Below, one piece after another: positions 26,701-38,397 of a stretch of 64,000 nt of DNA (position 1 is the first letter of the stretch; every line of letters starts with the position of its first letter). The notes beneath the pieces were generated by a model. The model saw nothing but the letters and a program-made list of their open reading frames with translations, had not been told where the DNA came from and ran no database searches. The stretch lies in assembly GCF_963921235.1 (NCBI RefSeq), contig NC_086097.1, positions 101,620,001 through 101,684,000 on the forward strand, written 5' to 3'. This DNA comes from Mobula hypostoma (lineage: Eukaryota). The translations under genes were made by a program, and so were the position numbers.

Positions 26701-27373
26701 AAAGTGGCATCACAGGTAGATAGGGTCGTAAAGAGAGCTTTTGGTACATTGGCCTTTATTAATCAAAGTATTGAGTATAAGAGCTGGAATGTTATGATGA
26801 GGTTGTATAAGGCATTGGTGAGGCCGAATCTGGAGTATTGTATTCAGTTTTGGTCACCAAATTACAGGAAGGATATTAATAAGGTTGAAAGAGTGCAGAG
26901 AAGGTTTACAAGGATGTTGCCGGGACTTGAAAAATTCAGTTACAGAAAAAGGTTGAATAGGTTAGGATTTTATTCCCTGGAGCGTAGAAGAATGAGGGGA
27001 GATTTGATAGAGGTGTATAAAATTATGATGGGTATAGATAGAGTGAAGGCAAGCAGGCTTTTTCCACTGAGGCAAGGGGAGAAAAAAAACAGAGGACATG
27101 GGTTAAGGGTGAAGGGGGAAAAGTTTAAAGGGAACATTGGGGGGGCTTCTTCACACAGAGAGTGGTGGGAGTGTGGAATGAGCTGCCAGACGAGGTGGTA
27201 AATGTGGGTTCTTTTTTAACATTTAAGAATAAATTGGACAGATACATGGATGGGAGGTGTATGGAGGGATATGGTCCATGTGCAGGTCAGTGGGACGAGG
27301 CAGAAAATGGTTCGGCACAGCCAAGAAGGGCCAAAAGGCCTGTTTCTGTGCTGTAGTTTTTCTATGGTTTCTA
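23770..27373 (+). mobile_element. Young CR1 LINE: ORF1 esterase (SGNH-like) part, ORF2 APE endonuclease and RT with a few stops/frameshifts, 3' tail; nested in an older CR1
   Basis: VIGDSIVR and [44 protein letters not shown]; tail ttttctatggtttcta. Confidence 0.95.
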
Positions 27374-27739
27374 TTACACGGTTTACTGACCACTCACCAC
27401 AACATTCACTGTCAGTAACTTAAAGGCAATAAACAAAAGAAAGTGAACAAAGACTTGCATGTAGTTTTACAAGAGGCAAGTATTTATATGGATTTAGAGA
27501 AAACATTTGATAAAAATCACCCATAAGAGCCTGGACCAAAGTTGAAGCTTAGGAAATTGAGGGTAAATTATTGATCTGATTGTGAATTTGTGAAATGCAG
27601 ACCACAAACCATGGCTACACTACTGAAAGTGGGGTGAAGGAACAGCCACATATAAAACTGGCAGCAAATAAATACTGGCAGTGGAAAATAAATACTTGCA
27701 GGAGAAAATGGGATTGCTGACAAGAGAATTACTGGCCTC

Positions 27740-28280
27740 ACTTTGAATTACTGTGAGCAGTTTTGGTCTCCTTATCTAAGTGCTGACGTTGGAGAGGGTT
27801 CAAAGGAAGTTCAAGAAAATGATTCCAGGATTGAAAGGCTTGTCATATGAAGAGTGTTTGATGGCTCTGGGCCTGCACTCTCCGGAATTCAATGAGGGGT
27901 GACCTCATTGAAATCTATCCAATATAGAAAGACCTCGGCATTGTGGATGTGGAAAGGATGTTTCCTGTATTGAGGAAGTCTGAGACCACACAGAGGACAC
28001 AGCCTCAGAATAGAGGGGTGTCCATTTACTATGGAGATGAGGAGGAATTTCCTTAGCCAGAATGGTGGATCTATAGAATTTGTTGCCACAGGCCAAGTTT
28101 TTATGTATATTTAAGGCAGAGGTTGATAGTTTCTTAATTGGTCAGGGCATGAAGAGATACAGAGAGAAGGCAGTAGACTGGGACTGAGAGAGAAAAGGAA
28201 TCAGCTATGATGAAATAGCAAAGCAGATTCAATGGACGAAATGGCCTAATCCTGCTCCTATATCTTATGGTCTTATGGAT
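27740..28280 (+). mobile_element. CR1 3' fragment
   Basis: EQFWSPYL and LERVQRKF remnants; tcttatggtcttatgg tail. Confidence 0.7.
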
Positions 28281-28772
28281 TAATTGGGCAGCACATCAGA
28301 GAGCAGAGACAGTTAGCATCTGCCCTTAGTTTACTGAGATAGGAATGGGTTTGCAGTCAATTTTGGTTACATTGGGCCTGCCATTGTCCAAGAAAACACA
28401 GTTTTGCAACGCAAACACAATTTGATGGAGGGGACTCCAAGACCCATCCTTGCAGTCACCCTGCCTTCTACCACATTGTCAAATGCACAAAATAGCACAT
28501 TGGAGTTACTGAGCAATCTCAGGAATCAGTCCTTGTGACTTAGTCAGGGAAGAGTAGGGAAGTCTTAAGGTGGGAGGGGAAAGATTTGAAGGGGATCTGA
28601 GGGGAAATCTTTTCACACAGAGGGTGATGGGTAAGTGGAATGAGCTGCCAGAGGAAGTGGTAGAGGCAGACACAATAACAAAGTTGAAAATACATTTGGA
28701 CAGGTGCACGGATATGAAAGGCTTAGAGGGATAAGGGCGAAACATGGACAAATGGAACTAGATTAGTAAGCC

Positions 28773-28987
28773 TAAACAACAGGAATTCTGCAGATGCTGG
28801 AAATTCAAGCAACATACATCAAAGTTGCTGGTGAACGCAGCAGGCCAAGCAGCATCTATAGGAAGAGGCGCAGTCGACGTTTCAGGCCGAGTCCTGACGA
28901 AGGGTCTCGGCCTGAAACGTCGACTGCGCCTCTTCCTATAGATGCTGCTTGGCCTGCTGCGTTCACCAGCAACTTTGATGTATGTTG
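28773..28987 (+). mobile_element. 215-bp palindromic non-autonomous Penelope-derived element, copy 2, inserted in a CR1 3' UTR
   Basis: Identical to copy 1 at all but 3 positions; 15-bp TSD CTAGATTAGTAAGCC (28758-28772, 28988-29002). Confidence 0.92.
28890..28925 (+). ncRNA. Minimal type I hammerhead ribozyme motif, second copy
   Basis: Sequence identical to 20904-20939. Confidence 0.8.
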
Positions 28988-29624
28988 CTAGATTAGTAAG
29001 CCACCTTGGCTGGCATGGACAAGTTGGGTTGAACACCTGTTTCCCTGCTGTCTGACTCTGTACAGTTCTGGGCACCAGGCCACAGGCACAATTCCTCCAT
29101 GTGTGATTGTATCTTTGATTAAAGGAGGACAACTGGAGTTTTCAAGGTACAAAGGAAAAATAATAGAATAGGCAGAGAGCAATTATTTCTGCTCTCAGTG
29201 AACTAAAAACTCAGGGGCCTTCCAGGGGAGAAGAACAAAATTCTCAGAATCTTTGGAAGTAGCTTCTTCACAGGAACTTGGAACTCTCTCCTCAGTAACG
29301 GGGACGGGATTGTGCAGGCGGAGAAGCAACAGGAATCGTTTCTACTTCTAAGTGTGTTTAGACAGTCTTCTCAGTGTGCATTAACTGCTTGGAATCCAAA
29401 ACAAAAGAGTCAAACTGAATTGGCAACTCACTCTCGAGGATGTGTGTGGACAGGAATGGGAAAAAAGTAATGTCCTATTGTGAGAGCAAAGGAACAAGGG
29501 GCACTGGATGGTCAGCATGGACATGCTGGGTTGAGCAGCCTGTTTCTGCACTGTATGATTGCATGACTAAATACAAAAGGTACCAGTCCTATGGGAACAC
29601 TACCTCCTCGCTCCACTCCACGTC

Positions 29625-30110
29625 ATAGAATCATAGAGGATAGAAACAGACCCTGAGGATAAGATGCCTATCTGAGCTAATTCCCTTTGCCTGCATTTGT
29701 CTCCTATCCCTCCAAACCTTTAATTTCCATGAAACTATCTCTTACACATTGTAATTGTACTCACCTTCCTCTAGCAGCTCATCACCAGCTTCAAACTCCC
29801 CTTAAACCTTTGCCCTCTCACCATAAATCTACACGCACTAGTTTTAGACTCCCCTACCCTGGGGAAAGAGTGTGACCACCTCCTCATGATCTTATAACTT
29901 TCTCTGAGATCACTCAATCTCCTATGCTCCAGAGAAAATGATCGCAGCCTGTCCAGCACGTCTGTATAAGTCAAGCCCTGCAATCTTAATAATGTCCTTG
30001 TGGATGTTGGTAACGTCCTTCCTCTTTCCGGTAACCAGATTGTGCATATTACTCCAGGTGAGGTCTCTACAATGACTTGTATAGCTACAACATGACATCC
30101 CAACTCTGAA
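29625..30110 (-). mobile_element. CR1 3' fragment
   Basis: ORF 29771..30277 includes LDRLRSFSLEHRRL...YKIMR...FPRVGESKT. Confidence 0.7.
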
Positions 30111-30224
30111 ACTGTATCCTGAAGATCAGATATTATTCTGATTAGAAATACTGTATTTTGCCATTCATTCATTGCTTCTGGGTCCCTGCATAACTGCATG
30201 GTGGGAGTACCTTCACTATAAGAA

Positions 30225-30975
30225 GCCATCACCCTGACACAGTGGTGCCAAGAAAACAGCCTCTCCCTCAATGTCACAAAAACAAAGAGGCTGGTTGTGG
30301 ACTACAGGAGGAATGGAGACGGGCTAACCCCTATTGACATCAATGGATCTGGGGTTGAGAGGGTGAACAGCTTTAAGTTCCTCGGCATCCACATCACCAA
30401 GGATCTCACGTGGTCTGTACATACCGGAGGTGTGGTGAAAAAAGCACACCAGCAAGAAGTTTTTTATGGGTCCCCAAATCCTAAGAACTTTCTACAGGGG
30501 CACAATTGAGAGCATCCTGACTGGCTGTATCAATGGCTGGTATGGGAATTGTACCTCCCTCAATCGCAGGACTCTGCAGAGAGTGGTGCGGACAGCCCAG
30601 CGCATCTGTAGATGTGAACTTCCCACTATTCAGGACACTTACAAAGACAGTTGTGTAAAAAGGGCCCGGAGGATCAGTCAGGACCCGAGTCACCCCAACC
30701 ACAAACTGTTCCAGCTGCTACCATCTGGGAAACAGTACAGCAGCATAAAAGCCAGGACCAACAGGCTCTAGAATACCTTCTTCCACCAGGCCATCAGACT
30801 GCTTAATTCATGTTGACACAACTGTATTTCTATGTTATATTGACTATCCTGTTGTACATACTATTTATGAAATATTACTATAACTGCACATTGCACATTT
30901 AGATGGAGACATAACGTAAAGATTTTTACTCCTCATGTATATGAAGTAATAAAGTCAATTCAATTCGGTTCGGTT
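30225..30975 (+). mobile_element. Rex1/Babar-type LINE 3' portion
   Basis: WCQENSLSLNV, FKFLGIHIT, FYRGTIESILTGCI, DPSHPNHKLFQLLPSG; AATAAA followed by an (AATTC)n-like tail. Confidence 0.85.
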
Positions 30976-31049
30976 CAATATCTGTAGCATAGGAGTTAGC
31001 GACACCTTCTCAGGGACCCTGATAGGGTACATGCATAGTTTATCACTAT

Positions 31050-31235
31050 CATGAGAAAAATCTGCAGATGCTGGAAATCCAAAGCAACACACACAAAATG
31101 CTGGAGGAACTCAGCAGGTCAGGCAGTGTCTGTGGAAAAGAGTAAACAGTCGATGTTTTGGGCCGAGACCCTTCTTCAAGACGGGTGAAAGGTCTCGGCC
31201 CAAAAAGTTCACTGTTTACTCTTTTCCATATGGAT
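31050..31235. mobile_element. Older palindromic Penelope pseudo-LTR-derived element
   Basis: tggaaaagagtaaacagtcgatgttttgggccgagacc...ggtctcggcccaaaaagttcactgtttactcttttcca inverted pair; same leader as the 215-bp element. Confidence 0.7.
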
Positions 31236-31346
31236 GGTCTATTCCCAGGAATTATAACACTAATCTTAAAATGGGGCACATATATTCACTCAACCCTGCT
31301 CCCTGCCTTACTGCTTAGCCACTGAGAACCACACACTCAGACTCAC

Positions 31347-31468
31347 CTCCTTAACTCTTTGCAAGAGGGGTTGTAGCCAGTCCTTGTTTACCTCACAGTG
31401 GCTATCCAGGAAGGTTAGGACCTCCGCAGTAGCAGCATCAGCTCCCTTCACTCGTGATCGAATCAGCC
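31347..31468 (-). CDS. GALNT16: GALNT16-like exon (122 nt): [41 protein letters not shown], with the metal-binding DxH motif
   Basis: ttcaacAG / GTgagt splice sites; LTFLDSHCE motif. Confidence 0.96.
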
Positions 31469-31690
31469 CTGTTGAAGGAGAAGTGCTTTACAATGGGTCC
31501 AGGAAAACAATTTGTCATTAACCAAGCAAACCTTCAAGGCAAGATTGGGTCATGAGACAGAATCTAATACCAATCTAAGAGGGAAAATGGTGCATATTAC
31601 AGGGTGAAGAACTCATGACTGGGAAGTTCATCCTGTTCTCTGCTACTGTCCTATTTAAACATTTCCCATGTCGCATTCCTAGTTTATGTA

Positions 31691-31711
31691 CAGTAATGTG
31701 CAAAATTCTTA

Positions 31712-31749
<38 letters not shown>

Positions 31750-32129
31750 CGGGGTGATTGATAAGTTTGTGGCCTAAGGTAGAAGGAGATGAGTTATTAA
31801 CTTCAAACTTTCTGCATTTTCACTCAGAGTTGAACTGCACGTGCACGTAACAAAAGCTGTATAACTCATCTCCTTCGACCTAAGGCCATGAACTTATCAA
31901 TCACCCCTGCTGTGGACCACTTCTACAAAGTATGCTCCACGACCGCTGGACTAAGTGTGTATGTGTAGGAGGGGACTATGTTGAAAAATAAATGTGCTAA
32001 GTTTTCTAAAATTGACTCATTCTACCTTAGGCCACGAACTTATCAATCACCCCGTGGTGTGTGTGTGTGTGTGTGTGTGTATGTATATATATATATATAT
32101 ATAGTGCATAAGACTTTTGCACAGTACTG
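31691..32129. mobile_element. Tc1-like mini-MITE (CAGTAxTGTGCAAAA TIR, TA-flanked) containing a mariner-derived MITE (31748-32056) bounded by (CA)n and (TG)n(TA)n
   Basis: Outer TIRs; inner TIR GGGGTGATTGATAAGTTxGTGGCCTAAGGTAGAA; transposase C-terminus LHDRWTKCVCVGGDYVEK* at about 31935-31991. Confidence 0.8.
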
Positions 32130-33139
32130 TATTTGTCAATGTGGAGCAGAGTGAGTTTGTAAATCTGCTGGAGCAAAGCATGTTGAGAATAGTGAGGGTG
32201 AAGCTTTGTGGAGGGGTGTGGGACGGGTGGCAGAGACGGAGTGCCAGGGGTGGAGAGTGGTGCGGATACAGACACACCCAGCCCTGAGACACCAGACAAG
32301 GTCATTTGATTCCAAACAACTGGTGTATTGATCATTGCAGAATGTCTCTCCGGTGCTTCCTGTTCCCTCCCCTCTCCCTCCCTTTTCCCAACCATGATTC
32401 CCATCTCCCTGCCCCCTTCCCACTCTCAGTCCACAATAAGACCCATTTCAGAATTAGATTCATCTTCACTCATGTATACCATGAAATTTGTTTTTTTTTG
32501 CAGCAATACCAATAAAATGACTACAGCAATACAATGATTACAGGATAAAGTCTTAGGCACCGTAGCTATATATATGTGCCAATGTGCTTAAGACTTTGCA
32601 CAGTAATGTACTGGGGTCTACAAATTCATCCCCGGCTGGTCACACTGAACATGCTACCAGGTGACAAGAAGACCTCATGCACGCCCTTTGGGATTCATTC
32701 CGTTAACTCCAATGGACTGAATTCTGAAGGTAGAGTTTGCTGTGCTCAAAGTAATTGAATGTTTTGAGCTAAGAAGACAGACTGGATCAGCTGGGAGATT
32801 TTTTTTCAGAATCAGAATCAGATTCAGAATTAGAATCTGATTTATTCTCACAGGTGATGTGGATTTTGTTGTTTTGCACCAGCATTAGAGTGCAAAGACA
32901 AAACACTTTATAAATTACAAAACGAATAGGTAGTTCCAAACAAAGGAATAACAAGGTAGTGTTGATGGGTTTGCTGTCCGTATGACGAAGGAGGGAGGAA
33001 GCTGTTTCTGAATCTCTTCACGCCTTGATAGTAGAAATGGAAAAAGGCTCCTCAGTGATGGTGCCACCTTCCTGAGGTACCGCTTCAGAAAACGTCCCTG
33101 ATGTGGGAAGGGTTGTGACCGTGATGGAGCTGAAACATA

Positions 33140-33555
33140 AGATGCTAAGGGGTGACCACATGGAGGTTCATAAAGTCGTGAAGGAAGTTGACAAGGTGGA
33201 TGGTCTGGTCTTTTTCCCAGTCTAGTGGAGTCCAAAAGTAGTGGACACAGATTTATGGTGAGAGGTGGAAGACTTAAAAGGGATCAATCTGAAAGGCATC
33301 TTTGTCACACAGTGATGTGTATGTGGGTTGAGCTGTCAGAAGAAGTGGTGGTGATGGGTAAAATTAAAATGTTTAAAAGACACTTGGACAAGTACAGTTC
33401 ATGAATAGGAAAGGTTTAGAGCAGAAATCTGGGGTGCCTGGACCCCCTCGGTTAATGGTAGGGCAAATGGGACTAGCTCAAAAAGGCACAGTGGTCAGCA
33501 CGGACAAGCTGGGCTGAAGTGACTGCTTGCTTCCCTGCTGTATAATTTAGACTCT
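33140..33555 (+). mobile_element. CR1 3' fragment
   Basis: LRGDHMEVHKV and RGHRF-like remnants plus 3' UTR. Confidence 0.65.
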
Positions 33556-33904
33556 AAAACATTGCCAGCACAGGATTACCCGTGTGGGAGTGTATCTTAG
33601 ATTAAAAGACATTGGAGTGTTCAAGGTACAAAGGAAAGTTAATAAAATGGCAGGAGAAACTCCTTCTGCTCTTAGGGAATCTAAGACTCAAGGGCAGAAT
33701 CTAAATGTGAGGGCCAGACCTTCTCTTTCTAGGAGAGAATAACAAAACTGCAGAAGCTCCCATGGGGGTTAGAGTTAGTAGGTCATGTGGGCGCCGGAAA
33801 CGTGGCGACATTGGCATGCTGCCCCCAGCACATATTTCAGACTGTGCTGGTCACTGTATGCTTCGATATACATGTGACAAATAAAGCTAATGCTTAATAG
33901 TTAA

Positions 33905-34280
33905 AGCAACACATAGAAAATGCTGGAGGAACTCAGCATCTGTGGAAATGAATAAAAGTCGATGTTTTGGTCCATGACTCTTCATCAGGACTGGAAAGGA
34001 AGTGAGATGACACCAGAATAGAAAGGTGGGAAGAGGGGAAGGAGGACAGTTAGAAGGTGATAGGTGAAGCGAGGTGGGTAGGAAAGGTAAAGGGCTGGAG
34101 AAGGAGTCTGACAGGAGAGGAGAGTGGACCAGAGGAAAAAGGGAGGAGGGGACCCAGGGGGAGAATGATAGGCAGGTGAGAAGACGCAGAAGCCAGAGTG
34201 GAGATTAGAAGCGGGGGGGAGGGGGAGGGAAAACATTTTTCATCAGAAGGAGGAATTGATATTTATGCCAACAGGTGGAA
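33905..34280 (-). mobile_element. Penelope-like pseudo-LTR and pyrimidine-tract remnant
   Basis: Reverse strand tccagtcctgatgaagagtcatggaccaaaacatcgact is a decayed hammerhead; purine tract on the + strand. Confidence 0.6.
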
Positions 34281-34892
34281 ATCTTTCTTTTGAAACTGTT
34301 TTCTGCAGAAACTTTGGAAGAGATATTAGAATGCAACTTGTGTGGCTCTCCATTAAAGTTCTCTACTTTTTGTACCATTTCTGACTATTGATCAGCCCTA
34401 TAATTATTGATACTTCTTTTTCCATCTGCCCAACCAACGGAGCTGTCTGTCCCAATGAGCATTCCATTCAGAACAGAGGTTCAGACAGGGCCATCTTCCC
34501 ACACTTCTCCTTTAGCCGCCTGTCAACTTGGCTGCAGGCCGTATTCTAAGTTCCCTTACGCACAGAAGAAAGCCACTTGCCCATTGAGTCTGTACCAGTT
34601 AACAGAGCAAACTTATTGCCCCATTAATTTCCTCTGTAATCTATTCTCCCCACATTCCCATCAATTGATCCCAGACCTACCATTTCCCTACTCGGTTACG
34701 GCAGCCCACCATTTGGGGATGTAGGAGGAACCGGGAGCACCCCAGGGAGCCCATGCAGTCAAGGATCCATCTGTTGTCAGGGTGCAGATATCAGCATGCT
34801 ACTTTGGAGACTGCATCCCAACCAACTGATCTTGTGACTCTATCATTGGAAAAATAAACAAGGACATGGGAAAACTTTGGAACCTGGCTCAC

Positions 34893-34958
34893 CTTCACGC
34901 TTAGTGGTCCTCAAACATCTGATCTTGGGAATCTTGATTAAGAGCTCACAGTCCTCAG
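34893..34958 (-). CDS. GALNT16: GALNT16-like exon (66 nt): (P)EDCELLIKIPKIRCLRTTKRE(G)
   Basis: ctctttcAG acceptor, GTgagc donor; in frame with both neighbouring exons. Confidence 0.92.
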
Positions 34959-35334
34959 CTGAAAGAGAGACAACAATGGATTGATATTGGAAAGGATCCT
35001 TGATACCTCAAGAACACGCACATCAGATCCACACTGACTCTCTCTCTCACGATGCCTGCACACCTATACATATGAGAGGTGAAACACATTCACATTGTTG
35101 CTACCTGATCATCCGACAACCAACTCTCAGCATTGTTATCCTTTTATCAGCTCACTCCGTCGTCTTCTGTTCATGGTGAGTAATTAAAATTGGACTTGCG
35201 GACACCCCAGACATAACAGTGAGTGTGGGATAGATTTACCAGCTACTGCGAGGCTGCAGGCATCTTCTGCCAGATGGAAACTCAGTTCACAGCTCTGGTG
35301 CAAGGTTAAGATGTCAGGAGACATCCTACCAAAG

Positions 35335-36150
35335 TTCCAAGTAAATTTTATTATCAAAGTACATATATGTCACCATATACCACCCTGAGATTCATTTATC
35401 CTGTGGGCATAATCAGCAAATCTATAGAATAGTAACTATAACAGGATCAATGACCGACCAACCAGAGTGCAGAAGACAACAAACAGTGCAAATAAATAAA
35501 TCACAATAAATAATGAGAACATGAGACAATGAGATAAAGAGTCCTTAAAGTGAGATCATTGGCTGTGAGAACATTTTAATGATGGGGCGAGTGAGTGTAG
35601 TTATCCCCTTTTGTTCAAGGCCCAATGGTTGAGGGGTAGTAACTGTTCTTGAACCTGGTGGTGTGAGCCCTGAGGCTCTTGTACCTTCTACCTGAAGGCA
35701 GCAGTGAGAAAATAGCATGGCCTGGGTGGTGGGGATCTCTGATGAAGGATGCTGCTTTCTGATGACAGCATTTCATGTCGATGTGCTCAATGGTTGGGAG
35801 GGCTTTACCCCAATGTACTGGGTCAAATCCATTACCTTCTGAAGGATTTTCCATTCAAAGGTATTGATGTTCCCATACTAGGCCGTAACGCAGCTGGTCA
35901 ATATACTCTGCACTACATATCTATATAAGTTTGTCAAAGTTTTAAACACCATGCCAGATCTCTGCAAACTCATAAGGAAATGCTGCCCTGCTTTCTTCAC
36001 AATTGCACTTAAATGCTGGCTCCAGGACGGCTCATCGGAAATGGTAACACCTAGAAATTTAAAGTTGCTAATCCTCTCCGCCTCCAATGATCCTGAAGTC
36101 TACACCAGCTCCTTCGTCTTGCTGACATTGAGTGATGTGGAGCATCAATG
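35335..36150 (-). mobile_element. Rex1/Babar-type LINE 3' fragment
   Basis: ORFs 35615..35854 (DPHHPGHAIFSLLPSGRRY) and 35878..36087 (FKFLGVTIS). Confidence 0.8.
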
Positions 36151-36624
36151 AAAACAGCCAGTCCTTTATTGCACACAGAGCTCATGACTGAGTGTGGATA
36201 ACAGTTTTCCTACAGCAACAATATCATTGTATGTCACAGAGAAAGCTGAATGGTTCAGCCAAACACCCTGGTTTGAGTGAACGTTGCCCTTGGCTGGCCT
36301 GTGCTTTTGACTGAATATATGCTGAGCAGCTGCACTTCTGACTTACAAATTGTTCAGCCCACCCCCGCCTCACTTCCCCACTTCTTTTTCTGCAGCCAGA
36401 GGGAGTCAATGTTTCATGTATATGTGGAGTGTGAGAGGTTGCTCTCTGCTCAATGCCTGTGATCTTTGGTCATCCAGTGTGAAGGGGGTTAGGTTGATCA
36501 GAGTTTACCCCGGGGCCTGCCCCTCTTCCAGGATTACATCCATGCCCATGTGTCCCTGGAGAAGGAGCATGTGGTATCTAGTGTATTTAATATTTCAGTA
36601 ATAGTTGAGTGACATTGTAAATAT

Positions 36625-37840
36625 CCACGGCACTTCACTCTGCCCTGACCCACCTGGACAGCCCCAACTCTTACGTCAGAATGCTGTTCATTAACTTTAG
36701 TTCGGCATTCAATATTGTGATCCCCTCCAAGCTGATCGCCAAACTTCGCCAGCTTGGTATCAGCTCATCCCTCTGCAATTGGACCTTGGACTTTCTGAGT
36801 AACAGACCCCAATCAGTTAAGTTAGACAACCTGTCCTTCTCCACTCTCACCCTGAACACCAGTGTGTCTCAAGGCTGTGTGCTGAGCCCTCTTCTGTACT
36901 CCCTTTTCACCTATGACTGCGTTCCTGTACACGGTTCTAACTCCATAATCAAGTTTGCAGACGACACTATGTTGGTTGGCCTGATCAGAGGGGATGACGA
37001 GGTGGTCTACAGGGATGAGGTCCAGCACCTGGCTGCGTGGTGTGCCAACAACAACCTGGCCCTTAACACCCAGAAGACCAAGGAGATCATTGTGGACTTC
37101 AGGCATGCCAGGAGCCACACTCACGTCCCCATCTACATCAACGGAGCTGTAGTGGAGTGTGCATCAAGCTTTAATTCCTTGGTGTCCACATTTCTGAGGA
37201 TCTCACCTGGTCCCTGAACTCCTCCATCCTGATCAAAAAGGTGCAACAGCACCTTTATTTCCTGTGGAGCATCAAGAAAGCTCACCTCTGTCCCAGGATA
37301 CTGACAGACTTTTACCGCTGTACCATTGAGAGCATACTCACCAACTGCATCTCAGTGTGGTATGGCAATTGTCCCGTACTGGACCGCAAAGCACTCCAGT
37401 GTGTGGTGAAAACTGCCCAGCAGATTATCGGCACCCAATTGTCCACCATTGAGAACATCTACCATAAACACTGCCTGGGCAGGGTGAAAAGCATTATCAA
37501 GGATGCATCTCACCCTAACCATGGACTTTTTACTCTCCTCCCATCCGGTAGGCGCTACAGGAGCCTCCGCTCCTGCACCAGCAGGCACAGGAAGAGCTTC
37601 TTCCCTGAGGCTGTGACACTGCTGAACCTCACATCACAGTGCTAAGTGGTAATGCACCCATACTGTACTGTCTCAGTACTTTTATATTTGTGTGTTGTAG
37701 CACTTACTTTTTAATCGCAGTTATTTTGTAAATAACACTATTCTTTTGCACTTCTGGTCAGACGCTAATTGTATTTCATTGGCTTTGTATCTGTACTCAG
37801 CACAATAACAATAAAGTAGAATCTAATCTAATCTAATCTA
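36625..37840 (+). mobile_element. Young Rex1/Babar LINE (RT and 3' end), inserted in an LTR-like sequence (about 36578-38037)
   Basis: [18 protein letters not shown] and IKFADDT motifs; (AATCT)n tail; TAAATAT repeated at both junctions. Confidence 0.88.
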
Positions 37841-38397
37841 AATATATTGTTTGATTAAGTATTCTTTGTTGTTTACATAATCATTCTGGGTTATATGTAA
37901 AAGTATGTGAATGGCATATGTCATCACACCACCACATCTTAAATGAGCTCCTGACTAAATTAAAACAAAGTAGGCACGTTTATCCCGGGCTCCCGTGTTT
38001 TACTTTCAATTAATTTCTGGAGTTATAAAACATAACAGTATTCATGGGTACAATAGGGGATTTCCAGATCAAATGCGTACTGCAGGAACTCGAATGTGTT
38101 CTTGATAGAGATGATTGTGTCATATCTACTGACAGTAAATAGTGAGTCATGGATTACTGCAGTATTGTAATTTTGCAATACTATCATCACTAAATAAACC
38201 TGCTTTTGGAAAAGGGATGAGAGAAGAGCTGAATGCTTGCCCCTGTTCTGGGGTTATGTCTGTGCCCTTATGCCCTTGGAGAAGGAGCACACAGCACTCA
38301 CAGGCACATTGAGAGCCTTCTGCGACCAATGGGGTTGCAGGGGCTCGAGTGGATTCTAGACAGAAATGACTGGCTTCATTTGAAGCTATTGACTGCT

